Assembly (NCBI RefSeq): GCF_963853765.1 | Contig: NC_088854.1 | Location: 12,152,001 to 12,216,000, forward strand | Source of the DNA: Magallana gigas | Taxonomy: Eukaryota | DNA length: 64,000 nucleotides | Direction: 5' to 3' | Part shown: piece after piece, positions 49,988-62,100 of the stretch | Position numbering within the stretch: position 1 is the stretch's first letter | Layout: every line of letters starts with the position of its first letter | The notes under the pieces: model-generated | Database searches by the model: none | Told to the model about the DNA's origin: nothing | Seen by the model: the letters and a program-made list of their open reading frames with translations, nothing else | Made by a program: the position numbers and the translations under genes

Positions 49988-50152
49988 TCAAAATTTGTTG
50001 TCCGTGTTAATGCTTAGATAGAACACCCAAAACCCAATATTGAACAGGAAGAAGATAAGAGGAAATACAACTCGGGCTACTTTATCCACCTGTCGAGCCC
50101 TCTTTATAAAATCGATGTGTCTCAGGATGGGCATCATTGGCGATGGTGATGT
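49988..50152 (-). CDS. Gene D exon 8 (M4, stop)
   Basis: 165 bp, TSPSP...[30 protein letters not shown]...TGA. Confidence 0.9.
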   Translation of the reverse strand, partial: TSPSPMMPILRHIDFIKRARQVDKVARVVFPLIFFLFNIGFWVFYLSINTDNKF

Positions 50153-53100
50153 CTGAAAAAAGTAGGTTTCAGTTTGTAATATACATATTGTTTTGCGTTC
50201 GGTATTTTGGTCAGTCCTTGTAGCATACATATTAAAATGAGCGCCGTTTGCTTGACCAAATGTCATTTACTGATTAAAATTTAACGTGGACCTTTGGATT
50301 TAGGCTATCAGGTCAGAGGTCAAAAGGTTTATTCATAAACACATATGAATGTAAAATATTGCCCAGCTGTATCTCACGGGTCAGAAAGGTATCAAATGAT
50401 GATTGGATTACTTTACCCCCAGCTTCCCATGGAAGGAAAATATATCATTCACTATTTCTTTAATATCATTTGCAATTTTTAGTCTTACTTACTCCTTTAT
50501 TTAATGCTTTATCACATTGTGACGCAGTGCGAATAGGTTTGGAATTTCTCCGCGAAACAACGTTGATGTAGGCAAACTCCAAAAGAGCCATAAAAACAAA
50601 GGTGAGACAAACTGCCATCCAAACATCTATGGCTTTGATGTAAGACACCCTCGGTAAAGCGCTTCGTGCACCGGAACTCTGCGTTGTCATGGTAAGAACT
50701 GTGAGGACACCTAGCGAGACACGCGCAGGAATGGCGTCTATATCAACCCAAAACGACACCCATGATAGAATTACTATAAGAATGCTTGGAATAAAAATTT
50801 GGGCGATGTAGTATCCAGTGTTTCTATCAAACTGTAATTCAAGAAGTAAACAAGCGAAGTCTCCAACTGCAATGTAAAAATAAATAAATTGACAGTTTAA
50901 TTGCAAAATAGAACATGTAGAATTCATTCATTCCCTATTTTAGAATTGTATTCATTTTGTGTTTTGGATTTTTTAAACAACGTTTGAGAGATAATCCGTT
51001 CTATTGCTCTCAGCGTTAGCAGCACATCTGGCGACGGGTACTGTACATGTAACACAACGAATTGTTGTATGTGCGTAAATAATGTTTGGGAGGGTAACAG
51101 TTGAAATTGACATCCCCGAAAACCATCCGCTTTGCGTTGGTGGACAATGGTTTTCTCAGGGTGTCAATTTTAACTGTTACCCTCCCAAACAGGCACTATT
51201 TATATAACAGTACCTTCCCCGTACTCCGTCGAACATGCTGACGTTTTGACTGTGTCTGGCATGGTGAACTGGGGGAGAGATATCGATGGAATAAGGACAG
51301 GGTTGTGACGTTCCCAGTAAAAATCGATGTTTTCTCTCGTGTAACTGTCTAATATAAAAATACAAAATCTGTAGGTTAAACATCGTCTACAAAATTTCGA
51401 CTATATATCAAATGAATAAATACTTAATTTTGAATTTGTCGCCGAAGAAATGCAGCAAACGCATTTTAAGAAACAAAAAAATATACTAAAAAGGCAAAAA
51501 ACCCCAAAATATCATAATGTCAACTACGAATACAAAATTCGTGTTCTTTCTCACAGGTAAAACAATTTATTACATGTACTTACAACTTTCAATCGATACT
51601 GGACATACTTGACGATCCAACGGATAGTTTTGTAGAGCCATTGCGCAGGACAGTGTCATTTCTATTCTATCCAAAAAAAATCAATAGAAATCTATTTTTA
51701 AAGATATATGGTCCGATATTTTGGCAACAGCAGTATCAAATGATTTTCCATATAAACCAATTATCTTAGAAAGTTGTAGACTTTCGCCTATTTATTGGCA
51801 TAATCGATCTCCTTTCAAAGTTATCTTTTAATTTAAAAGTTTTTTACAAGGTTAAAAATTTTCTTTTAATATCTTTTATCTTTGAACTTTTGTAAGTGAA
51901 AAATGAAAATGTCTCAATGAAAATATCTTGGAAATTTTTACAATATGATTTTTATGATTCCAATATTTATCAATAATAAATACACATTCATCAAAAAGAG
52001 ATAGACGCATTAACTTTGGACAGACTTCAGTTGCCCTTCAGGTCTGGGTTCATGATTTTCACATTTTATTATCCTTCCTCACTCTACCAACAGTTTCTGT
52101 ATACTTCATAAAGTCAACTTTCTAAGAGGATGAAAATATTCACAGACATGTGACATGCACCCACAGGTCACCCGACTGATTTTTTTAACCAAAGTCCCCC
52201 CCCCCCCTTTTTTTTAACCAATAAGATGACGTCACCTACCTCATACTATAAAATACCGTTCCATTTCTATAAATATGAAGTAAGCGATTTGGGACGGTGA
52301 CGTCATGAATTTCAGCTCGCTTTTCTTGTGGAAAGAAAGAATCTGGAACCCATATTCTCTCTATCATCTTCTGATCGAGTTCCAAAACTCTGACCGAAGA
52401 ATGGTTGAATTTGAGACGCTTGTCTGTCCATCGTTGTCTGAATATGATATCTACTGAAAAATCCTGCAATAATGATTAGATCATCTATAGGAATGATGTA
52501 TTCAGGAAGTTTATGGTTTTGTTTTTGTTTAGTTTTGTTTTTGTAGGTGAACATGTATGATTCTATTTTCGAATTATTGTAAATACATTTTAATTCCCTA
52601 AATTTAAATATCATGATCAATCATTCGTTGTTTTGATTTTTTTTCTTTTGGTTTTTTTTTTTGCTGTATATTTGATTAAATCTACTCACCATATGAAGTT
52701 CATCAAGACTGTGAATGTTCTTTATGAGCATTTGGACAGAAATGTTCGTCGGAAAATCTACAATTGTGAGATTAACACATCCTTGAGAATACGATGAATG
52801 AATATTAATCCTCAGTTGTTAAAACAACTGTATCTGGAAGAATGTCATGTCCAATTAAGATAATAATGTATGTGTGATTTTTTGTTTAAATGAAGTCTAG
52901 AATGCATCATTTTTAAAAATCAATAACATGGATTATTGTAAAAGAAGAGTAACAGACAAAGTTCTTGTAATGTTTATAACACAGAGGGTTAGGTAGTGTT
53001 CTGTTTTACGTCAAGAGACAACCAACGCTTTCTGTAATTGTCATCTTCTGATTAATGCAAATAGCTCCTTTGCCATTGTTTGCCGATCTCTTCGGGACAA

Positions 53101-54032
53101 TCTCATAGTCAAAATGATGGCTTTTAAAGTTATTGTACAGGGAATTGGTTCATACAAATGATTTTATCTCTTGATAGTTTGAGCAAGTTGTATTTGTATG
53201 ATTAAGATGTTTGTTTAAAATCAACGCTATCGAACATCAATTAGGCAGAATCCATCTGTTGCGGCTTTTTTTCATTTTAGATTGTGCAGATAATATTTTC
53301 CCATCATCTAAAATATAATCTGTGAAATAATTTCTCATGCATTTTTTCCTTGAAAAGTTGTAACGTTTTACGGTCAAGATCTACGTACATGATGGGAATA
53401 GTCAGTAAGCAAAACCTTATTAAAGTTAAACATATCTTATAGAGAAGGTCAACGGAAGATGAAAGACAATCTCGCATTTGATTTAATTTAAGAATGAATT
53501 TAAAACATGTACATGTTATCGTATTCACCAAACAATCATGCTCAATTAAATATCTCATCTTATCACACCTATAGCTACTGTCATGTCGTAAAGTTTGAAT
53601 TTACCGGGTGTTTACTGCCATCCGGTAAATTCAAAATTTACATCATGACACTACTGTAATAAGCCATTAGTTATAGAATTCATACATCAAAGTTCAGAAT
53701 CTTGAAGGCTCCGTTCATTTACAATATCTTGATTTTGAATATGCCGTTAAAGTGATGATTTCGTTTAACGTCAAATATATGATATTCCTGTTGTTGGCTG
53801 TATTGTACCTTACCATCTTCATAGTTCGGGGCAATCAATGGATCGTAGTGGGACTCATCAATTAATTGGTGGATTAGTTCATGTCTGAATTTTTAAAAAA
53901 AACCTCATGATTCAAAATATCTATAGTCAAAACAATTTCAACAGAAATCGGGAAACAATTACTAGTAATCTACCTGGACAATTCGCCGCTGCTGTGATAA
54001 AACTGGAAACATAAAACCACCATGAGAATCAT
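49988..54032 (-). CDS. Gene D: complete Cys-loop ligand-gated chloride channel subunit, close paralogue of gene C, 392 aa
   Basis: Exons 53974-54032 (acceptor at 54046), 53814-53884, 52690-52757, 52240-52463, 51584-51666, 51214-51348, 50493-50866, 49988-50152 sum to 1179 nt, open from ATG to TGA. Cys-loop [15 protein letters not shown]; M2 [20 protein letters not shown]. Confidence 0.92.
50493..50866 (-). CDS. Gene D exon 7 (M1-M3)
   Basis: 374 bp, GDFAC...[17 protein letters not shown]...; donor gtaagt. Confidence 0.95.
51214..51348 (-). CDS. Gene D exon 6
   Basis: 135 bp, [12 protein letters not shown]...LPQF...CSTEYGE; the ORF track shows a different frame. Confidence 0.9.
51584..51666 (-). 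CDS. Gene D exon 5 (Cys-loop)
   Basis: 83 bp, [27 protein letters not shown]. Confidence 0.93.
52240..52463 (-). CDS. Gene D exon 4
   Basis: 224 bp, [12 protein letters not shown]...PDSFFPQEK...VFYSMR. Confidence 0.93.
52690..52757 (-). CDS. Gene D exon 3
   Basis: 68 bp, [22 protein letters not shown]. Confidence 0.92.
53579..53650. repeat. Small palindromic element (relative at 57881-57949)
   Basis: tgtcatgtcgtaaagtttgaatttaccgg ... ccggtaaattcaaaatttacatcatgaca. Confidence 0.75.
53814..53884 (-). CDS. Gene D exon 2
   Basis: 71 bp, [23 protein letters not shown]. Confidence 0.9.
53974..54032 (-). CDS. Gene D exon 1 (signal peptide)
   Basis: [20 protein letters not shown], phase-2 donor AG|gtagat. 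Confidence 0.78.
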
Positions 54033-54839
54033 TTTCCAAAGCAGCTCTGAAATCATGAAAAAACAGGCCATAAACATGTGCAAGATCATTAGTACCTTAG
54101 TCAGCTTTATGGACACTTAACATAATGCATAGAACAATCGAATCACATGATGAACTATGTATCAGTCTCCTGCGTGATAAACTGGAAACACTTAAATCTT
54201 TATCTCCGTCTTTCTGTCTTTTTTTCACTCATTCAGTTCTCGGTTTTCCGAAGATTTTTTTTTTTTTTTGCTCTGCTTTACAGATTTGATTTGAAACTTG
54301 CTATGCAGCTTTTACGATGAGAAACTTTTGATCAGGTTTACGGTTTGTTAAAACTGATCGACAGATGATGAAGAAAGTGATGCTTTTCTGATGTGGTTTG
54401 GGACGTGGTGTTAATTTCTAATCACTAAGGTAGATCTAATTCATTCCATTCAAAAAATTATGTATTGTGTGCAGAGGATATTCAAGAAAAATATCATTAT
54501 TCGATCGATCAATGGCGTCCTTCTGAATAAAGAAGGTGGGTGAATAAGGCATGTAACCTGCCTATATGAGGATAGATAAGATGCAATTAAAATATCAACA
54601 AACCTCATAATTCTTTTTTCGAAATGATTGAAACCAATAGTTTTTTCCTACCATAACAGCGATATATAACCCTTAAATATGTTAAATACTTATAAAAGGT
54701 TGATTTAAACTGGCGTATGCGTGTCCAAACCTCCAAATAGTGTCATTGTTAGGACTTCAGTGCCCTTTTTATAGAGTGAGTCTGAGCTTCATTTTTTATA
54801 TATACAAGGTTTAAAGGAAATCAAAGCGATTTCAATACT

Positions 54840-55350
54840 CACTCTCAGTTGTATGCATCCACCTCATACATACTCAGATGTTTGCATTTGACTCAAAATA
54901 CTTATTTGACGTCTGCTTCTAACCCATACATCCAGATAATCACTTGTTTATATCCAGCTCATACAATCATATTCAAAGGTCTGCACCAAGCTGATGCATA
55001 TTCAGTTTTATTGCATCCGGCTCACACAAACTCAGTTGTTTGCTTCTAACTCAAACAAAATTAGTTGTTTAATTCAAGCTAATACATGCACACTCAGTTG
55101 TTTAGTACGATCTCATGCATACTCAGTTGTTTGTTCCTAAATTATTTGCTTCTAGCTAATACATAGTCAGTTGTTTGGTTCTAGATAATACACACACAGT
55201 TGTTTGCTTCAAGCTTATGCATACTCCGTAATTTGAATCTAGCTCAAACATACCCAATTGTTTGCTCCGTGTTCATGCATACTCAGTAGTTTGCCTTTTT
55301 TTACTCATACAAAATTCACCTCTTTGCTTCAAGTTCATGCAAACATGTAG
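54840..55350. repeat. Degenerate minisatellite, ~35-45-bp unit
   Basis: Recurrent catactcagttgtttgcttctagctc-like words roughly a dozen times. Confidence 0.7.
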
Positions 55351-56422
55351 CTGTTTGAAATTTTATTGCAAGTTGATGTCGTAAAATACATAAAATAAGT
55401 ATTCTACATATTATTAAAATCGACCAATGCTCATTTATTTAAGTCTTTTTTTAATTTTAAACCTCGTTCGATGATAGAGTTGACCAGCACCCGCACGATA
55501 CTTAACACGGAATTCGGTTTTCTGACCTATCCAATCAATCAAATAATCAAATCTACCACACACGGGTGTTAATAAATATCATAAAATTGATATTTCCATG
55601 AAGTATAAAAGTGTTGATGAATTTTACCTCGTACGGGTAATTTGATAGTCCAAATCAAATCCAAAAGTAAAACATTTCATTTCTCAATCTATTGTTACTA
55701 ATTCTAGAGTAATGATTTTTTAATTGAAAATTGTTAGTGCAGCAATAAAGAATTTGTACATGGAGAGAATTAGTAAAACAACCTAGACATGTTAATGAAA
55801 CTGTCCACCACATTGATTATTTCGTTCGATCGTACGCCGGCAATTGTTGTCGTACTGCAGTGAAACATGATTGCAACGTGTATGCATGAATATACATGGA
55901 ATTTTCTCGTCAAAAGTACATTCGCGGGAGCAATCCAACATAGTAGGTTCCTCATTTACCTCCCTCTGTTAAACTATGAAGAGACAAACTCTAAGCCACA
56001 CAAAAGGCATCGACCCTAGCATGAATCACTTTTAATCAGACTGTCCATTAGTAAATACATATGATAATACGTTGTTTTGTACATTTTACGAAAAAGATAT
56101 GATAAAACACAGGGGGACGTATGAAACAGCGTTGCATGCAACTAATCCTACGGTCGATCTCAACAAAACGTACTTTTGTAAATGAGGCATAAATCTGGCA
56201 CACGTGTTCTCGGCATGCATAATGGACTATCTGAGCCTGTATCCTTGCAATGGTGTCTGTCCGTTTTAAAGCCATCAACGTTGGGCAAATGACATCCATT
56301 GCAGCGAAAGATCATGCATAAAGTTTCTAACATGTGTCAGTAACAGTGCAGACTTATTCTTTAAAAGTTCTTTTGTGAATATTCGATTTTATGTTGTACT
56401 CTCATACCAAAGGTTATACATG

Positions 56423-56650
56423 TACTTTGGAATCATTTAATTTCGTGGGGCCAATTTTCTTGGATTGTGGGAGTGTTTCTTTTTCTTTTTCGTGGGGATG
56501 TAATTTCGTTGATGCGTCGTTTTTTTCAGTTTCAGAAGGAAAACCAGATCGTTTATTATTTTTTTTCGTTGAGAATGTATATTCGTAGGTGAGAGCTACC
56601 TACGAATACCATCAAAATGAGCCACCATGAATTCTAATAATTCCACAGTA
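56423..56650. mobile_element. TA-flanked MITE
   Basis: ta|ctttggaatcatt ... aataattccacag|ta; same family as 1-151. Confidence 0.6.
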
Positions 56651-57880
56651 TTAGCCGTATCACTGTTATGAAACGATCATCAACATACAAAACACGTACA
56701 TAAGTTTCCAAGCACATATTTCAACTCATATAAGTTTCTCTCAAAGAAAATAAGTTGAAACATGAATAATTTTTAAAAGTCTTTCTCCTATGTTTTTATA
56801 ATTGAGCTTCACATATATCCGGCATTATGAAGTATAAAGACTTTATTAGCTTGCGATCAATTTCTCTATTAAAACTTACATTGCAGAATGCATTCTTTAT
56901 TCAATTATAGTAGCTAGAATTCATTTATTTGCCGATTAGAATAATATTTACAGAAGAGAAATAAGAAATCCCAGAGATGAAACTAATGACAAAAAAGTGG
57001 ACTCCATTGATGTCAACAACGTCTTGACCATTAAAGACACAGGAGAGTGATGTACAAAAACCGATAAAATAGAGCAATGGTTTGCTTTGTATTTGATTAA
57101 AGCATTGTAATTGAATTGTACATTATATCACTTTTCTCCATTACTGTATTGTATAACACGTTCTACATACACGTATTCTACTCTGTCAATTTCAAGTTTG
57201 GGATTGAGGACAGACCCTCCTGCCACGAGCACCACTTTCTAAAAGTCTGAAAGTCTCTCAAGTTCGTCCTAGAAACAATACACATTGATTGACTAAACAA
57301 AGGTCAAGAAGACCCGGAGCTGCAAAAAATCTATCAACATAGCACAGGGATTACTAAACTTTGAAAACTGCGCAGACAGGAATTCATCAGAGGATGAAGC
57401 CAGATGAAGAGCCGACACTCAATTTTTCTCTGTTCTACGAGATGAGTTGTTTTTGCATTCTACGCAATATTATATCCTCAGAGATTACGAGAAACGAGAG
57501 CTATAGAAGAGGAGCTGAATTGTTGTAGTTAAGAAGCTATGCGTTGAAGGAATTGGGATAAGGTTACATTAAATGCGACTACGTTGTGGATGTTCGACCT
57601 TGAAAAAATTTACTTTTTCACGAAATTTTAGAGAATCAATTCATTTTTTAAGTAATTTTGGCTATATTCCATATGTTTTATTATTTCAAGTTTTATTAAT
57701 TTACATGTACGTGTAGTTAATATCTTTATATTCAATAAACTGTCATCTAAAAGAAATGACCCTTTCAAATAAATACGTATAGTATGTATCTTAGTTGTAT
57801 AAAATTTATTTAACAGAGAAACCCGAAGGATTGGATATGTGGAAGAGGATAAGCATAGATGCCTTGTAAGGATATGGAGA

Positions 57881-57949
57881 ATATTGTCATGTTGTAAATT
57901 TTGTATTTACTGCCACCCGGTAAATTCAAAATTTACAACATGACAATAT
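57881..57949. repeat. Small palindromic element, deleted relative of 53579-53650
   Basis: atattgtcatgttgtaaattttgtatttac-tgccacc-cggtaaattcaaaatttacaacatgacaatat. Confidence 0.75.
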
Positions 57950-58633
57950 GATACACTTCAAAATATGTTTGATATTTAAATAAAATTAACTCCTGTAACA
58001 AATTCATTATTAAAGCGAAGCACTTTAGAAAATGTAATAATTTTTTAGAGCTTGGTGAAGAGGAATAAATAAGACACTACGAAACGGAAAAAAAATCAAT
58101 GTTATCCGCTTGGAAAGCTCAAGTTAATAATTTAGCGTTCTAGTAATAAACAATCAATCAAAATTGAATCTGATATCAAAATTGTGTGCGGATATCCGTC
58201 TAAATGAGATATTTCCAAGGTAATAATCTGAGGGACAGCTTTTCAGAACAGCTGAAACAAAATGTTTTCCAAATCACGAAAATCCACACGGTTTGATAGC
58301 AATAATGTTGTTTAAAATCTGTTTGAATGGGCAATGAATCCAGTGATGGATCCAAGATTTGCTAAAAAGGGGATAGGGGCAATATGCCAGGAGTCTGTGT
58401 ACCGCCTTGACGCTTCCAGTTGGTCGAGAAAAAGGCCCTAGTGGGGCCCAGGGAGCCAAGTCCCCGGAAGCTCCCAGGTACTGTATTGGGGATTTTTAAA
58501 ACACTTTTTTGAGCTATTCTAGCTATACATGGCATATTATTAGCCTTAGAACAACTTTTCTTTTTAATTGCTCAAAACCTCACCCCCCCCCCCCCCCCCC
58601 CGCTTTCACTACCACCAAATCTATTACATTGTA

Positions 58634-59109
58634 TACTCTGTCCCAAGTTTTTGCTTCCACCACTTTTTGCTTGATATTTCAATAATAGTAAATACCTTTG
58701 TGCTCAAACTAAGTTCATCCACTAATATAAAAAATGTCCAGATTATCTGTTTTGAAACGCCCCCTCTACTACTTCAGGTTTCAATACACATCCCGAAATT
58801 GAAAGTCTACGGAGATTTTGCATTGCAACAGCCATTAATAAGCCCGGATGATAACGTTAAAAAATTGCGCGATGTATTCCGAGTGTATTCCGAATGGAGA
58901 AAAGGTGTAAACATTCCCCATTATAAATCTCCGTAAGGAATCTGTTTTCGTTCCTGTGAATTTTTCTGAGAGGAAAGGGATAATTGTTCAATGAAGATAT
59001 CTTGGATATATTTCCTTTTAACGATTTCAACTGTATTTCTTTCACAGGTATGTGTAATTTTATCAAAAATCATCAAAAAGCGATGGAAGCAATAACTTGG
59101 GACAGACTT
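58634..59109. mobile_element. Inverted copy of the 4317-4766 MITE
   Basis: ta|tactctgtcccaagtttttgcttcca ... tggaagcaataacttgggacagactt|ta; co-linear reverse complement of 4317-4766. Confidence 0.85.
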
Positions 59110-62100
59110 TAGCCGGGATTACTTGTTACAATTTTTCTAGACAATTGAAATTCTCTGTACATTGAATTTATTCCATTTTATTTTTAAAATGTCCATCTTA
59201 TGAGGAATTATGAAAGAAATATATTAAGTGTTTAAACAGTGGTGTGTACAAACACGGTGTGTACAAACAATGAGACTAGTTAAGTTACAAAAAACTCAAT
59301 AACTTATATAACATTTCTAATGCAAGCTGTGGAAATAAAAAAATCACCATTGTAATATTTTGTAAAACACGCATTGTCAATTTTATTTATCTTTTATATC
59401 TGTCCAAGCACCAACTATGCCTTATTTATCTAATGTTTTGTATTCTGTTCAGTTGTATAACATAAGGAAATAAATTTAATTGAATTACGTATGATTAAAG
59501 TATGTCTTTTATTACAAATGTAAATATTATTCAATCGGATATTTTATTTTTATTGTTAAATGAAATGCGCGGAAATTAAAAATCAAAAGAGTGAACTACG
59601 TTTATCATTTTAAACCCATATCTAAAATGAATTTATCTCGTCCCACACACATGCATTCTGTCAACAAGTTTGATTTACATTCAGTTAAACTTACCTTTCA
59701 GTGTTTCGAACCAATAAAAACTCAGCTGTTCAAAATCCTCATACTGCTGCCCTTCTGTTGACAGGCACCATATGTTTTACAAACATAACAGTAGTTTGTC
59801 GATATTAACGCGCACTTGTTATACTTGAGCAGTTATCATCCTGTGGACCAGACACACGGAGGTCTCGTCAAAAGGTAGAAACATTTCCCTGATTACGGCT
59901 ATCGTTAAGTCGTGTATAAATCCCCAAAAGTCCCGTCAACCCTCCCATTTTTTGCTCGTCTCATGCAGTATTAAGGGAAATGTCTGCTGTTCAGGTTCTG
60001 ATACAGAATAATACATACGCCGAAGAATGCAATTAGATGGAATTGTTCCTAGAAGTATGATGTTATCCTACAGAAATCATCATCAGCGATTTCCCGCGAT
60101 CATTATATATTTCTCTAACGCCTGAAGTATATAATCACAGTGTCCTATACAACAGATACAATGTCACTCTGTCTGTAGTGTTTGATAAATCGTCGTCTTT
60201 GCCATTGACCAGTTTGAGAACATTATCGAAAACAGTCCATACACTATATATATATTTATTGTAATTTTGCTGATCGGCTATACTGTAATGTAGTAGATGT
60301 TTTCTCTGTAAGTTATAGATTGCGCCACAACAAAATCTGAAAACAGCATTCTGCGGATACTAAATGTGTAACTGTATCTCTACGTCAATAGTTTAAAAGT
60401 ATCTGCAATATGTGAGAAGGGGAAAAGTATACATTCAATTTAATTTGATTCTGCCGTCGTTTGGATTTTCATTTGCTCGCTTAATTTCATTCTATAAACC
60501 GTTAATCAATACTGAAATCATCTGGGGTTGGCAACTGATATGCAACATTTTTCTCTCTGCAGCATCTGGGTTATTTTAAACAAGTGTTCGTAGAATTTGA
60601 CAAAACAATAAGTTATTTAAACATTTAAGCCCATTTAGGCCAGAGAAGGACAAATATTTTCACAGAGGAAAAGAGTCACAACAATATCTTTTAAAAGACC
60701 TCTAGATTTACAGGTCAGATTCAGTCTTCCAACTGAGTTATATGGAAGGGAAAGCCAAAAATAAGTATTGTTTTTGTTTGAAAGCTGAAAGGAAGAAAGC
60801 AAGGATTAATCGTGCCGTCTGATATATTAGAGTCGCTTCTTTATATGACCTAAAAATCAAGAACTGAAATAATGGCAAGTTTAACCGCGTAAAAAACTTT
60901 GAGCTTGAAATATTATTACTGCATACAAAGACAGACAGGTCTTTACAAACATCCCCCAGTCTTAAAAAACAGAGAGATATTGCAAAAGGTGAATCCCAAA
61001 GTTATGTCATCAATAACTGAGGCATTATGTGCGCAATTAAACACATCTTGAACTTCTTACAGCCTTCTTTTGATTAATGATTAAGGATGGAACATATTGA
61101 TTCCAATATAGCTGTGATATATGGCACTTAAAGAGTTCAAAGAAACAGTTACCTAATACCCACGTTTAATTAGAACATTCAAGGAAGGAGCTACAGACCT
61201 GCAGCTAGGAATGACCACCCGAAAAAAAATTAATGTGTAGCGTTCCTTTATCTAAGGTCTGTAATGTTTTAAAAATCATTGTAATAATTGCTTTTTTTTT
61301 TCAAAAACTTGATTTAGTTGTTGTTTTTTTCATTTTTACTTTATTTACTTTTTATTTTGGGTAATGTTAACGGGTACTTGATGTTTCAATAGAAATTCAA
61401 ATCTATTGAAAATCTTGTGAGGAATACTGAAGAAAAGTCAGGTATAAAAAGGAATGGATAGTATAGTAGTATACAAGGAACTATCCTGTTTGTTACAGGA
61501 AAGCAACGCGGACGTAACTATGTATGTAAAGCATACGTTACACAGAATTATCATTTAACTGAATTTTAATATAACTACATATAATAAATGAAGAAAATCT
61601 ATAGAAGGCATAATTATTGCTAATACTTTGCTAGGGCTTTGATTTAAGCAACCAAAATTATAATTCACAATCATCTTTCATATTGAGATAGTTATCCTTA
61701 AAAATTAATATAGTAGACGGGTAAACTAAATGTTGTATAAGGAATTAGATTTCTTTCAATCACGTTAAGTGGGTTTTTTTTCATTTAATGTCATTGTTAC
61801 TCTATCAAAATTTGTCTCTTTGCTTTGTTACAATAAAAAATTAACAAATAAATCAAAACTTCAAAGCCAGTTTTCTGAACTTAACCATTGCTGTCCAAAA
61901 TATCTTAATGTATTATTATCGGCCTAAGTCTCGAAGACAGAACTTAAAGGATGGCTTCATTCCTAAAGAGGCAGCAGTTTCTAGAAGTTTTCGGAACTCC
62001 TCAAAATGAAAACTAGGTCCTTTGAAAATGTGTTCTGATCACTTCAATGGATAGTAAGGAAATGGCAAGTGAACGTTTTCTTATACACCTGTATTTGGTA

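Noticed and set aside
50153-50266. In-frame open sequence upstream of gene D exon 8 as a longer intracellular loop
   Set aside because: The only upstream acceptor-like AG in phase 0 is followed directly by TAA.
53995-54195. 17-bp near-duplicate of gene D exon 1 sequence at ~54174 as a duplicated exon
   Set aside because: It is too short, and the downstream frame has a stop before the candidate donor.
55770-55955. 61-aa ORF ending NMSR|gt as exon 1 of gene D
   Set aside because: It is phase-compatible but has a weak donor and poor signal peptide. 53974-54032 fits far better and matches gene C (ELSR).
57130-57640. Possible Gypsy pol remnant (QEDPELQKIY...)
   Set aside because: It rests on one short, low-information motif, with no RT/RNaseH/integrase motifs visible.
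60880-61230. Possible Academ-like DDE transposase remnant
   Set aside because: The resemblance is too fragmentary to support without a profile search.
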